Assembly (NCBI RefSeq): GCF_020745735.1
Contig: NC_083432.1
Coordinates: 1,364,001 to 1,428,000, forward strand
Direction: 5' to 3'
DNA from: Hemiscyllium ocellatum
Taxonomy: Eukaryota
Length of the DNA stretch: 64,000 bases
Numbering within the stretch: position 1 is the first letter of the stretch; each line of letters opens with the position of its first letter. The position numbers and the translations under genes were made by a program. The notes under the pieces are model-generated. The model was not told the origin of the DNA and did no database searches. It worked only from the letters and a program-made list of their open reading frames with translations. Shown one piece after another: positions 39,000-52,473 of this stretch.

Positions 39000-41730
39000 G
39001 TGCAGTTGATATCACGGAGAGTTGTTGAGAGAGAGACATGAGTGGCTATTCAATATTATAGGTTATAATGCCTTCAAGCGACACAGGGAAAGATGCAAAG
39101 TATGTATGTGTGCACGCACGGGCGCAATGCCGGGGTTGGGCGGGGGGGGGGGGGCGGGGGGCGTGTTAGAGAATGGGACCGCAATTCTGACAAGAGTATT
39201 TCCAGCTGTAAAGAGAAATGAATTCATGGAGACCTCATTGAACGAAGGCAAATGGACAGTACTTCAAAATCAAAATAAAGCAAACATAACTGCTGGGAGA
39301 GCACTATAGACTTCACTGTAGGGTCAGAAGATCGAGAAATGCAAATACCTGGGCAAATTTCAGGGAAGTGCCAGTGAGAAAAAGAGGATTTTAATTTCCT
39401 CAGCGTAGGCTTGGATATTTATCGTGTCAAAAAATTAGAGGGATCAGAATTCTGAAAATGCCCCCCAGGAGGATATTTTAATAATATATTTGTTTACAAC
39501 AGACAGTTTTAATGCAGACCATGCAAGAAAGGGGTGAACTTGGACTTAACTTTAGGTGATGAACTAGACCAAGTGGTTACAACCTCAATGGTGGAGTGCA
39601 TTTCAGACATTATAAATCTGTTGGATTCCAGATTGTTCTGGAAAGGGATAGGAAAGCGTCTGACCCAAAGTTCTGAAAGGGGGGAGGACAATTTTAATAA
39701 GACCATGCAATAGTTTGACCAGAGTGGACTGAATCTGACACTTATTGGTAAATCTGAGTCAGAGCAGTGTGACACATTGAAGACAGAAACAACACAAGCA
39801 CAGGGACGACATTTTGACCATGAAGCCACAACATGGGACCAAGAATGCAGCGGTCTCTGGACGTCAAAGGGAGGCTTACGGTATATACTGGAGTCTCAAA
39901 ACAATGGAAACTCTGATGAAGTACAGAATGTGCAAGGGGGAGTTTGAAAGAAAGAGAAATTAGGGAGAAAGAGCAAAAGGGACCATGAGAAAATAATAGC
40001 AGTCAGCATAAAGGAGAATATTAAAACAAGTTACAGGCTTATTCATAATAAAGGGATATTTGGGAAACAGTAATGCCCATTAAGTGTTGTTATTGGCGTG
40101 GAGCCAACGGATTCTGTTATGGTCAAAATCAATGCGTTGTGTCGATGTTCACTAGTAAGAGGAACAATGTGGGTATAGACTTCATGGAGAATTGTTGTGA
40201 TGTACTTTCAGAAATTAGGAGAGATGATGTGATGTTCTGTGTTATCTTGCTGGATGAAAAGTAGTTATATTTGCAAGGCAGATGAAATGTACGCCAAGCT
40301 ATTGAGCAATGCAGAGGATGAAATAGTTGAGTCGCTGGCAATAATTCAGAATTCCTGTCTGGCCACAGGGACCAAATGAGTGCAGACCAGCCAGTGTAGT
40401 ACTGTTATGTAGGACAGAGGATGGTATAAACAATGAAACACAGGCCTGTCTAGGCTCAGTGGTGGGAAACTATTGGAACAAAAGAGGTGCGGAATTAGAC
40501 TTTATTTAGAAAATTAATCAACAATTTTCAGCATGGTTTTATTGAGGGGAAGTCATGTCTAAGCAATTTGCTGGTAGTTTTCAAAGAGGTAAGTTGATGT
40601 CCAGATGACAGCAAAGATCAGAGCCAATGGGATCTGAATTAATTTGACGAATTGGATCCAGAACTGGCTGAGTGGCAGGAAGCAGAGAATAATTGTCGGA
40701 GGATATTTTTGTGACTGGAAATGTATGTCAAGTGGGGCTCTGCAGGGATCAATGTTAATTTCTTTGTGTTTTCTCTTAGTGACAAATGATTTAGATGAGA
40801 AAGTAGGAGGGTTGATCAGTGAGTTCACAAATGAAATGAAAAATGTCATGTCTTGGTAACGAATGAGCATGATAACTTTACTTTGCAGGAGGATGTAGAA
40901 GGTTTGGCCATATAACAGAGAAATCACAAATGGAAGTCATTCTGGATAAGTGTAAGTTGATGCACTGGGGCAGAAGATGCTGCGAGATATTGGGTGTTGA
41001 ATTGCAGAAGCCTGGAAAGGACTGAGGATATTTGGTGTATATTCCAATCCATCCCTTAATGTACTGTGGCAGCTGGATAAAGAGGCCAAGAAGGTGTGGA
41101 GGCTATTTGCTTTTACTAGCCGCGCCATTGAATTTAAGAGGAGGGAGATGATACTGGAACTGAATGAAACGCTGGTTAGGCCACACTGACGTATTGTGTA
41201 CAGTTTAGGACTGCATGCGGTAGAAGGAAAGTGATTACACTGAAGGCAGCATTGATGAGATTTGTCAGGAATTTTCCTGAGCTGGAGAGTTTTAATTATG
41301 AAATTAGATTAGATAGACTGGGGATTTCCTTGGAGCAAAGAGGAATGAGGGTGAAGATAATTGAGATGTCTGGAATTATGGTAGGCATAGACAGGATAAA
41401 CAGAAATCTTTCCCCTTGACGGAAGGATCAATGCCTTAGCGGCATAGGGTTAAGGTAAGGCCAGGAGGTTTAGCGTGGATCTCAGGGGAAAACAAAATCA
41501 AACAGAAGATGGTGTGAACCTGGAGCTCAGTGCCTGTAAGTCATGTAGTGGCTGAGCCCCTCATAATACATAAGAAGTTGTTCAATGCATATTCGCAATG
41601 GCAAGTCCCACAAGACAATGAATCAGATGCTGGCATGTTGGACTGGAATAGTTAGGTGGCTGTGATTGATAGGTGTGGACTGGATTGACCGAAGGACCTT
41701 TTCCTGTGCTGTATGCCTCTATGATTCTGT
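39000..41730 (+). mobile_element. Long, heavily degraded CR1 LINE (endonuclease to 3' end)
   Basis: WLFNIIGYNAFKR (APE), NWIQNWLSGRKQR, ALQGSML, RFVRNFPELESFNYEIRLDRLG; CR1-type tail ~41720. Confidence 0.78.
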
Positions 41731-41805
41731 GGAAAGTGTTATAATTAATGCCTTATTCAGGTCAACCGAAAATGTTCTGTTTATCTCAGTTCCCACAACA
41801 CTTGC

Positions 41806-42108
41806 TAACATATGGCATTCCAGTGCTGTTTTGTGACCCCATCTGGTGAACCTAACAGTAGATTTTGCTGGGGCAATCCGCCTCTGACTCAGAGTTATCT
41901 GGCTGCTCAGGGTGTAAGTTCTCTTCTTGTTTCACTGAAGGGTAAGTCTTCAATCCAGTCATGATTGGTTCCCCACTCTTCTTCCAGGTCACTTTAGTGA
42001 CATCAGGGGAATAGTGCATCACCAAAAAACCAAAGATATAGAACCTTCGATATTGTGCTGCTGACAGGAGGAGACTAAGCCATTAAGTATGGGGGGAGAC
42101 GGTGTCTC
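41806..42108 (-). pseudogene. IGHM: IgM CH1 exon (frameshifts, stop)
   Basis: Acceptor TTCTTTCCAG; ETPSPPILNGLVSSCQQHNIEGSI / YSPDVTKVTWKKSGEPIMTGLKTYPSV / RTYTLSSQ / KIYC*VHQMGSQNSTGMP, matching shark mu CH1 (TPSPPTLYGLVSSCQQ...TYPSV...TYTLSSQL). Confidence 0.9.
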
Positions 42109-42474
42109 CTGGAAAGAATGACCAATTGAGCAAGTTATTTTCTGTTAAATCAACCTTATTAGTTACTCAAACGCATCGTCAGCTGTAAACGTATGCCAGT
42201 ATGTTCCCGCTAAAATCTCAGCATAACTTGAGTTTATTTTTGTTTCCTAGCAGTTGTTGATGATGATCTTTTGGTTCCAGAAACATGCCTTCTACCTTCC
42301 CCATTCCCATATAACTTAGAAACTGGGACACATTGAACCCACCACCAGTAACTGTTTGAAAATCTCACCAGTTGATACTTTTATTGGATTGCAAGTGAAG
42401 AGTGGGGACATTTCGCGAAATGCAAACCAAGTAAATGAGGATTCATATAAATTCTGCATTAAGAAAACAAGTCC

Positions 42475-42778
42475 AAACTGGCCCTCTGAAGAGTAACCCA
42501 AGCAGACTCATTCCCCTACCCTATTCCTTTAAATTTAACCCTGACTAATGAACCTAAAGTCCAAATGCCTCAATACCACGGACAATTTAGCATGGCTAAT
42601 TCACCTAGCCTGCACATCTTTGGACTTTGGGAGGGAAATCAGAGCATCCAGAGGAAACCCACGCAGGCATGGAAACAATGTGCCACCTCCATATAGACAG
42701 TCACCTGAGGCTGGAATAGAACCCGGGTCCCAAGCACTATAAGGCAGCAATACTAACCACTGAGCCACCGTGTTGCCC
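42475..42778 (-). mobile_element. HE1-type SINE
   Basis: Conserved SINE core and tRNA-like head on minus strand. Confidence 0.85.
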
Positions 42779-43379
42779 TCCTGTGCACCATGCTGTTGGA
42801 AATCAGAAAAAAAACCCTAGAAATTGCTGGAAAAAACAAACAGCTGGCAGTACCTGTGAAGAGAAAGCAGAGTGAACGTTTCAGAACCAGTGACCCTTCC
42901 TCACTTATTAATGCAAGTCAGGATGTTCTTCAGGGATGAAGGTCACAGCAGCAGCAGCTCAGGCAGGAGCTGAGCACTGGGACTGTGAAGATCTCTGTCA
43001 CAGCTGACCTTATGTCAAGTGTCTGGAAGTTGAAACTTCTAATTGACAGTTACCTGAATTCTGGAGGTCTCTGTAAAATGGAGGATCATTAACTTTCAGA
43101 AACCTTGGAGTGTTACAGCGAACTGAGCTGAGCATTTATGTTAATTTCTCAAATCATGCTTACAAGTGCTCTTTAACCTCAGAAATTATTAGACTGACAC
43201 GCAGTTCAACGCCAAAACTCCAACTGTCAGACTAACTACCGCTCTCACTTTCTGTCCAGACTTAATTTTCCACTCACATTGATGGCTCCTCCCCTCCTTC
43301 ACACCCATTCAGCCCCAGAACAAAGGACTCCCATCACAAGACAGGAACACACATCCGAGGCAATCCATAATGGTAGTGC

Positions 43380-44060
43380 CGATGATCAGAGAGATCTCAG
43401 TGTGCATCTACATAGATCCCTAAAAGTTGTCACCCAGGTTGATGGGGTTGCAAAGAAGGCATGCAGTGTGTTAAGAGTTTATTTGTAGATGGATTGAGTT
43501 TCGGAACCATGAGGTCATGATGCGGCATGGTGTGACAGCACTTGGCATATTGTGTACAGTTCTGGTCACCACATTATAGGAAGAATATAGATGCTTGGGA
43601 AAGGGTGTCGAGGAGATTTACTAGGAAGTTGCCTGGTATGGAGGGAAGGTCTTATGAGGAAAGGCTGAGGGACTTGAGGCTGTTTTCATAAGAGAGAAGA
43701 AGACTGAGAGGTGACTTAGTTGAGACATATAAGGGTTAGATAGGGTGAGGAGTGACATCCTTATTCCTCAAATGGTGATGGCTAGAACAAGGGACATAGC
43801 TTTAAATTGAGAGGTGATAGATATAGGACAGATGTCAGAGATAGTTTCTTCACTCTGAGAGTAGTAGGGGCATGGAATGCATTGTCTGCAACTCTTGTAG
43901 ACTCATCAACTTGAAGGACATTTAACTGGTCACTGGATAAACATATGGATGAAAATGGAATGGTATAGGATAGATATGCTTCAGATTGGTTCCACAGATT
44001 GGCGTAACATTGAGGGCTGAAGGGCCTATGCTGAGCTGTAATGTTCTATGTTCTATATTC
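43380..44060 (+). mobile_element. CR1 3' fragment with (TTCTATG) tail
   Basis: QRDLSVHLHRSLKVVTQVD, RRLRGDL-type sequence. Confidence 0.85.
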
Positions 44061-44659
44061 CAGATGGACATGCAATCTCAATTCCTTTCAATCAGTTTCA
44101 GTCCTGCCACCCTGCACTTGGTCTGTGGTGAATCTGGCCCTGACTGGACCTAGCACCATTATTTTCACAACCTCGCCCTACTCCCTAGATATAATCTCAG
44201 TCCTTGATACTGACCTCTCAACTTACCCAAGTCAACCTGTACACATTGCATCCTAGCTTCATACCCAGCTGTCCTTTCCTGCTTCCCACTTTGCTAGATA
44301 GTGAGCTTTGCATTTCAACATCATCTCCACCTGCCACTTCATCAGAGTGACCTTCTACCCCTGAACCAGCCTGGCACCCTGCCCACCTCCAACTAACCAG
44401 CTTACCACAGGCAGACCTCCTGCACTTCAGCTCAAACTACCCCTCACCTACCAAGCACAATTCGACCAAATTATCTTTGTGACCATTGCCATTTGCCTTG
44501 CGGCCACCCTGCCCGACTATGTGTACACAAGCTTACCCAGCAGCCACCCAATACCTCACAGCCTATCAACTCAAGCTCGACCACATTACCACTCCAAACC
44601 CTCACTAGCTCACCACCTTCCAACTTGGAGCCTACTCCACCATAAAGTCAGAGAGTTAC

Positions 44660-45220
44660 AAAGTCATACAGCACAGAAACAAACCGTCAAGCTCATCCAT
44701 GCTGATCAGAATTAAAAATTTAAACTAATTCCATTTGCCTGCCTTTGGCCCATATTCATCCAGACCTATCCAGTTCCTGTATCTGTCTAAATGTCTTCTA
44801 AATGTTGTAACTGTCTCTGCATTTACCACTTCCTCTGGCAGTTCATTCCAATATCCGGAACAGTTGCAACACAATATCCCAACCCTAAGCTCAATGCTCT
44901 GATCAATGAAGGCACACGTGCCAAACACCTTCACCATGCTAGCTACTTGAGACAATACTTTCAAGAATCTATGTCTCTGAGCCTCCAGGGCTCTCTGTTC
45001 GACAGCACTACCCCAGGCCCTACTATTAACTCTTAAGTTGTGAAATGATTTGTATTTTCAAAATGCATCATGTCATATTCATATAAATTAAACTCTGCCT
45101 GCCATCCCTCAGCCCACTAACCCATCTGATCAAGATCTTGTTATTCTTTTAGATAAAGGTCAATGTTAATTATAACACCAATTTTGGTGTCATGTAAATT
45201 AACCAACCATGCCACATCCA
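44660..45220 (-). mobile_element. CR1 3' fragments
   Basis: WNELPEEVVNAETVTTFRRHLDRY (ORF 44725-44964). Confidence 0.78.
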
Positions 45221-48200
45221 ATGTTTTCAGAGCTTTCAACCAATATTGTACCCTGTTCGTCTTTTTTCCCCACATACTCATGGTATTTTTGAAGGATTGA
45301 AATAAACTATCTCCTTCTTGAAATCATTTAATATTTTGATGTGAATCAATTTCTGTGGCAGAGAATTCCAAAGTTTTACAATTCTTTAGTTGAACAGCAA
45401 ACAATTAGGTTCAATTTTATCAGGTGTTGGAAAGACTGTCACGCAGCAAATGTATGATGATCTCATGAATGAAATAGCATTCTAGAGGGGCCGAGGGGCC
45501 TCCTTTACCTTCTAATTTGTATGTTTACATGTTCCTTCGGCAGCACATTCCAAAACTGTGATCTTTGAGGATAAAGGCGCGCTTGCAGGTATGTGCTTCC
45601 CCTGAAAGCTCTCCTCCAAATCACACTCCATTTTGACTTGCAACTATTTCACTGGCCTTTACTCTTTCTGGATCACAACCATGGAACTCATTTTCTAACA
45701 GCGCTCTGAATGTTCTAATACCACACGAACTTCAGCAATTCAAGTAAGGTAATGACAACTGGTTTGTCAAGGAGATATAAAAAGTCTGACACTTCCATAC
45801 CTGTTTACAGGTGCAAATAGCCACTGGAAGAATTGAAAATTATTTGAGGCACTTGTGTGTCCACACGAGATGACATGCTGAATGGTATCCTTCTGTGTGG
45901 GTTCACTGTGTTTTCATTGAACTAACAGAACTGTTTCTTAATCATATAATGAGAATGAAGTTATCCTTTTTACTGTAACACAGCAATCATACATTATATT
46001 TCTTTATTCCAGGGAAGTATAATGTTCAATTAAAGGGATCTGACTATTGGGATGTTTGAATTGGAAATTGTCAGAGATTTAAACCTTATTTTCATGAGCA
46101 ATTAATTATAGCCTCTGTGTCACTTTAAATACTCACAGAAATGTCTTTCAGAAATGGTATCTCCCTTTGTTATGGGCAGTCGGATCATTAAATCTGGGAT
46201 ACTTTTTGCTTATTAATCAGAGGTGTTAAAGAGTTTTGCACAAAGGGAGGCCTGTGGAGTTAGCTCTAAGTCAGTGGTGGAAAAGGTCGAGGGACTGAGT
46301 ACCCAACTCCTGCTCCTATTTCCGATTATTGTGTCAGTTGTTCTATCTGAGTTGTCAAAATAACTCCCACCCAATTACAGCAGCCACTGCACTTTGGGAC
46401 ATGTTGTTACTTCATGATTTGGTTTTTTCTGAAACAATGGCTCTAGATCAGGTCGCTCACATTCAATGATTCTCTGATACTAAATATCTCTGAATATTCT
46501 CAATTTATTAAAATGTATTTTCTCAACAAACAACTTGTTTCATCGAACAGAACTTTTTTTTAATGACAGAACAAACTTTGAGTGCTATTAATCTGAAATA
46601 AAGATGGAAATTTCTGAAGAAACTCAGCAGATCTGGCAGCTCCTGTGGAGAGAAAGCAAGATTAGCATTTCACATCCATTGACCCCTCATCAGCAAATTG
46701 TTTGCATATGTTTGACACATGAACTAGCAGCTGTTGACTTCAACAGTGATTAAGCTTGCTTGACTACTGTTCAAAAAGGATTCTTAGCAGAGGTACTGAA
46801 TGATCTGACATATCAATTGAAGACTAATTGAAAAGTTATCACCATCTGTTGCAAGTGTTGGATTCAACAGTCAACATGCAGTACTAAACAGTCAAATTCA
46901 AATACAGCACTGCTTTGTGGTAAACTGGAACAGCCTTGATATAATCGCATCAAATATATTTGGAAAATGATGAATTCTGGATTAGTAATAAATGATATTG
47001 ATAGAAAAGCTAGTGAAATAGCCGGGATTTCTTTTAGTTACTCCTTTAACCCCAGCTAGCGATGCCCAAAAGCTCGTGGACAAGTATTTATTTGAAAAAA
47101 GTTGCTAACCCCTGCCAAACTTCTGCCTACTATGTCCTGGCTTGTGTCTCTTACAATGATTGAATAGATTTCATATGTCTCTCTGAGTGGAATTCGAACA
47201 CCCAAAGAACTCAATGTTATTTTTTTGCCCCGAATTAACCTGATAAGAAATGGTATTACATGCCTCTCTAACAGGTTGTAAATGAACACAAGCCATCTAG
47301 CTGAGAGTCAGGGACACCCACTACGACATCACAACAGACCTGAACACAATGAGGTGCACAATCTCTCGGACAACAGCCTACCTGTTTGACAGTGCATAAC
47401 ACATGGTAATTATTAACACCTTCCAACAACCCGAGATTGTTACAGAATGTTTCCACAATAAAAGTAACATTTCACCAATTATCCAAGAATACTCTGATGG
47501 TATTTCTGAATTGTTCAAACTCTATGGAAAATATAGAAGAATAAAACTAGGGATTGCTTAAGGATTAAATTCCCTATCATTGGAATTCCACTTAGGACTC
47601 ACTTCCTCTTACCCCTGTGCAAGTTGTTGCACTATATGGTCTATTTAGATTGAAATAGATTAAAACCTTTTGGATTGTATTATACCATTGATAGGTTCTC
47701 AAAAAAAAAGCAAAATAATTTCTGATTCTCCGTTGTGCCACTAAACATTTCAAGAACAATTGTGGTGCAAATAAAATTTGCAGCATATTTCTCTCTGCCT
47801 CGCTCAGTCAAATATCCGTTGTTGCAAACAACCGAATTCAAAACTCTTGCAATCTCAGTTTTGTTACTGAAGTGCTGGTTCTGAGTCTAACAATTTAGTC
47901 AGGGCTCTCAGTTCGGAGGCGCCTAATCAAATATTACATTTCGGGCAGCTAAACGTCATTCTGAAGAGCCAGATGAAATTGAACAGGTTCCGAACCAGAC
48001 GATTTACAAATGGACAGAACCAGTTGACAGGACTGTCGGAGATAGCACAGAAACCAACTGTACCACAGTATTAATCCGAGCAGATGTCGCTGCTTAATTC
48101 ATCATGTCAAATGTATTCGCTGTAATTTAACTTCTCTAAGAGGAATTAACCTGAGGATAAGCATTAATACGAACAAGAACTTTTTTGCAATGAATACAGA

Positions 48201-48564
48201 TAACCACTGATTTAATAAACTTATTAAGTCATTGTAATTAACAAAATTATTTAGGTTCTGGACAGCTCCGGAGAAAATGGGATTATTCTGTAAATTATTT
48301 TTACTTATTCTTAAAACATTTCTTAAACGTTGGGGATTTTGCACTCTCTGTACAAAGCCAATACCGCATTCCATTGTGGGACAGCATTTCTGTTGAATAA
48401 ATTCGGGCATGTATTTACTGTCAGGTTCGCATTGCAATGGCAGGTTCATTTTCTTGGGGTTTGTAATGAACTTGTAATGAATTTTAAAAGATGTGTGGAT
48501 GGAAAAGCTGCTTCTGCCTGCTTTAACTGATGTCTGAATAAATGATCATCACACTTAACCATCG

Positions 48565-49490
48565 GGATCAGTGGTGCTGGAAGAGCACAGCAGATCAGGC
48601 AGCATCCAATGAGCAGAGAAATCGACATTTCGGGCAAAAGCCCTTCATCAGGAATAAAGGCAGAGAGCCTGAAGCGTGGAGCGATAAGCTAGAGGAGGGT
48701 GGGGGTGGGGAGAGAGTAGCATAGAGTACAATAGGTGAGTGGGGGAGGAGATGAAGATGATAGGTCAGGGAGGAAAGGGTGGAGTGGATAGTGGAAAAGG
48801 AGCTAGGCAGGTAGGACAAGTCCGGACAAGTCATGGTGACAGTGCTAAGCTGGAAGTTTGAAACTAGGATGAGGTGGGGGAAGTGGAAATGAGGAAACTG
48901 GTGAAGTCCACATCGACGCCCTGGGGTTGAAGTGTTCCGAGGCGGAAGATGAGGCGTTTGAGTTTGTTTCACGACATGGTTGAAGAGCTTCAGGACAGAG
49001 GAAATGTCCTGGGAGTTGCAGTGGGAGAGGGACTCCCTGAGATTCTTGTAGAGAGAGGAGGAAAACTTCTTCAAGGCAGGCATCCTTGCAAGAGGGCATC
49101 AATATGGACTTCACCAGTTTCCTCATTTCCACTTCCCCCACCTCATCCTAGTTTCAAACTTCCAGCTCAGCACTGTCCCTATGACTTGTCCGGACTTGTC
49201 CTACCTGCCTATCTCATTTTCCACCTATCCACTCCACCCTTTCCTCCCTGACCTATCACCTTCATCCCCTTCCCCACTCACCCATTGTACTCTATGCTAC
49301 TCTCTCCCCACCCCCACCCTCCTCTCGCTTATCTCTCCATGCTTCCAGCTCACTGCCTTTATTCCTGATGAAGGGCTTTTGCCCAAAACGTCAATTTCGC
49401 TGCTCGTTGGATGCTGCCTGAACTGCTGTGCTCTTCCAGCACCACTGATCCAGATTCTGGTTTCCAGCATCTGCAGTTATTGTTTTTACA
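48565..49490. mobile_element. Penelope-like fold-back element: ~360-bp inverted arms (48565-48921 / 49092-49452) with terminal hammerhead motifs
   Basis: Arms are near reverse complements; CTGATGAAGGGCTTTTGCCC(G/A)AAA at ~48622-48652 (-) and 49365-49392 (+). Confidence 0.85.
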
Positions 49491-50989
49491 CTTAACAATC
49501 ACCAGAGTAATCTCCTTTAGATTGCTACATTGCAATAATCGATCAAGTATATTACTTAAAATAAATATTTTCCATTTGAATTAACAATGCGCTGTATTAC
49601 CCTTTAGTTCCTGTCTTCTGTAAACTTGTGAAATCTGCATATGTCCGAATGAACTGACATATTTGCTCTGGATTCACAGCAAGTATTCCTGTAGTGCGTT
49701 CATGATATTTATTTTAATTATTTCGAAATCTAGCCTTGCTCACTTAAGCCAATATAGCAGTTGTTTCCTAATGAATGATTCTTCAGTTGGTATGTTGTTG
49801 TAAAATATAACTATTTATTTAAAATTTTAAACCGATTGGGAACACTTAAAGCACTGTTCAGACCAAATTACTCAGTTAATGTTTTAGTTTTTTCCTGCAA
49901 ATCTAGTTTAATCAGGGACATAATTAATTAATTCAAGTTCCTTGTGAAATGGTGAATGCAGTGAAGTTGAGCTGCTCTTCACCGAAATATTTCGGGCAGA
50001 ATTTCTAAATTGTTTTTGCCAATGATCTTTTCCAGGAGCAAAGTCTGTGTGTAATTGAAAGGTGATTCTTGATGAATGATATCATAGTTCTGGCATTATT
50101 ACTCAATAGCAAGAACTTTTAGTATATTATTTTTTTACAATTGTATTTATGTTTCTCTGTGACTTGTAAACTACTTCAATAAATACCTTGTGATTGAAGT
50201 AGATAAGTGAATTCTGAATTTGGGATGCATGGAGTGGATTCTGTTAATCCACAATTATTACTTCTAAGTAAAAATTATGCCCAAAGTTTTGTTCCTTCAT
50301 TTCCAAAACCATTGCTATTTGCCTTTCACTTCAGGAAAGTTCAATCGCATGCTAGTTGCATTCAGTGAGGAAACCGGAGCGATTCACTGTCACCAACCAT
50401 GTAAACAGAAAGAAAAATACAATGTTGAAACCAGAAACAGCTTCAGAAATATATTTTTAAAAATCCAAGCACATTCTGTCCTCAACAGAAAAAAACCCAC
50501 TAAAACATAGCACGGAGGAACAACGATGTGTTTGCAGCAGAACTGGCTCTGCAAATATTTTCAACAGAACAAAGAACATAATGTAACCTCACATAGAAAA
50601 AATCCCAAATTGGAAATCAACAAAATTGCTCACCATGAAGCAAGCTAATAACTAAATTGAGTAGAAGAAAGCAATAAAACAAGAAGTCACAACAGCAGTC
50701 TTGTTTATGAGGTGACTTATTTAATAATATTTAAAACATTAACATTTTCGGCAACCATTCAATTTACTAAAACCTGTACATTTCCTGATCATGTCAATCT
50801 TGTGCAGTGTACAGTAAAGCTGTTGGAGGCATATATTGATTAATCACTTTAAGGTCAAAACAACATTAGTTCAATGGACAAACATTACACATTATAATCA
50901 CATGTTATCATAAGTTTAGTCTCAATTACAAAATCTGATCAATTTGGCAGTTTAAGATTTTAGCCCCAAATTTTAGTTTGAATGAGGTT

Positions 50990-51200
50990 ACTCAAAACAG
51001 ACTAGTGAGTTTTGAGAAGGTTTGTAACTCAGGTAGAGGTTTTGGGTGTAGATTTGCTTGCTGAGGTGGAAGGTTAGTTTGCAGACGTTTCGTTGCCATA
51101 CTAGACAACATCATCAGTGAGCCTTCGCATGCAGCTTCAGTATGGTGACGAAACATCTGAAGATGAATCTTCCAGCTCAGCGAGCAAACCTCCATTCAAA
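50990..51200 (-). mobile_element. Penelope-like 3' fragment with hammerhead motif
   Basis: Minus strand CA-CTGATGA-TGTTGTC tagtat GGCAAC-GAAAC-GTC-TG (51081-51120). Confidence 0.62.
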
Positions 51201-51950
51201 ACAGACTTTACTTAGTTTACAATTAGATCTGAGTTTTTTTTTAAGTCAATGCACTAAAAAAGTCAGGTTTTTATTCATTTCTCATGTTTCCATATTTCTG
51301 CCTTAAGTTGCTGTTCAGACAGTTACAAACAGATATAATGTTTTCAATCAAGCAGAAAAAACAATTGTCACACGAGTTTGCCAAATGCAGAAACGATTCA
51401 GGAAAAACAAAGAACTTCATAAATATTAGTAATTAAAAGTAATCTTGAAAGATAATCGTGCTAAAGCGCTTGTCATCAACAAAATTAACAAACTAAACAA
51501 TAAAATGCAATCATGTTAAGACCAGTATGCAACCGAGAAATATATTCAAGAAATTAATGATAGTATTTTAGCATATTTTCATTATATTTGGTAATATTTC
51601 AAACATCTTTAAAATCATAGCATTTGTTGTCGATAATAAAACTCACAGATAGTGGGTGTCACTGACATTCAGTATTATTTATACCTAACTGATTAAGACA
51701 GTTAAGGTTTTTCAAGTAAACAGCCACACACAATGCCCATCTGATTTAAAACAATCCACCAAGCAACTGAATCCACCATCACCCCTTTAGCTATTTATTG
51801 GAAGTTAATTCAAGCTTATCATCAGTTGTAACAAAAATCAGTCAGAACCAAACCAAGTTCAGCGCAGAATCAGAGTTTCATTAAATTCAGGAATTGTTCA
51901 CAGGAATAGAAAGTTTTTAAAAAGAGCCTGAGAAAGTTCAAGGTTCTTAC

Positions 51951-51995
51951 CTGTAGTCACCTTCACCATGGTCCCTGGGCCCAGGAAGGAAAATA
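51951..51995 (-). pseudogene. IGHJ: IgM JH segment (pseudo)
   Basis: TATTTTCCTTCCTGGGCCCAGGGACCATGGTGAAGGTGACTACAG then donor GTAAG; GPGTMVKVT motif; WGxG apparently broken by a 1-nt loss. Confidence 0.85.
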
Positions 51996-52034
51996 GTCAG
52001 TGTTACATTCTCTGGACTGGGTCACACAATAACT
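51996..52034 (-). promoter_or_regulatory. JH 23-RSS, heptamer defective
   Basis: Nonamer (plus strand ACAATAACT, 52026-52034), 23-bp spacer, heptamer CACTGAC instead of CACTGTG. Confidence 0.7.
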
Positions 52035-52221
52035 GGCTCTGCATAAAACAAGCTAAAAATCTGCCACGGGCAAAATAAAGACACAATAAATCTTCATCAC
52101 ATTATAACTGCGCTAATAGATACTGATCATTCTTGATAAATGATTATATCGTGACATACTTGATAGAGTAACTTATAAGCTGATTCTCAAAATCACCAAC
52201 AGGTGCACCAATAATTATCAT

Positions 52222-52257
52222 CACTTGCATATTAAACAGTGATATTTGCATAAAACC
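52222..52257 (-). pseudogene. Possible degenerate D2 segment
   Basis: AACAGTG (52235-52241) followed by a short spacer and CATAAAACC; position between D1 and J as expected, but other RSS not recognisable. Confidence 0.3.
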
Positions 52258-52331
52258 CCACAGAACTAGTATGTGTTTCGATGGTTTGTAGAAGTAAACA
52301 ATGATGTGTTTCAAACAATGTGGGCTGAACG

Positions 52332-52407
52332 CGTTTTTGTATTGATTATAATTGTAGTGCCATCCCTGTATTGTCATATCACAGTGATGCTGACCAGTAC
52401 AGAAGCT
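52332..52407 (-). pseudogene. IgM D1 segment (ATATGACAA, 52371-52379) with 5' 12-RSS and 3' 23-RSS
   Basis: CACAGTG(52380-86)+12 bp+ACAGAAGCT; other side TACAGGG+23 bp+ACAAAAACG: the 12/23 arrangement known for shark IgM D1. Confidence 0.8.
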
Positions 52408-52473
52408 GCACTCATCATCTGTTCTATACTCTGGGTCTCATTTATCATGTGGGATAGATATTTAGTACTGATT

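Noticed and set aside
47300-47570. Coding-looking plus-strand stretch (HYDITTDLNTMRCT...ELFKLYGKY)
   Set aside because: Internal stop and no recognisable family motif; cannot support a viral or TE call
52244-52251. Octamer ATTTGCAT as an Ig regulatory element
   Set aside because: Lies in the putative D2 RSS spacer rather than a promoter, and 8-mers of this type occur several times by chance in the window
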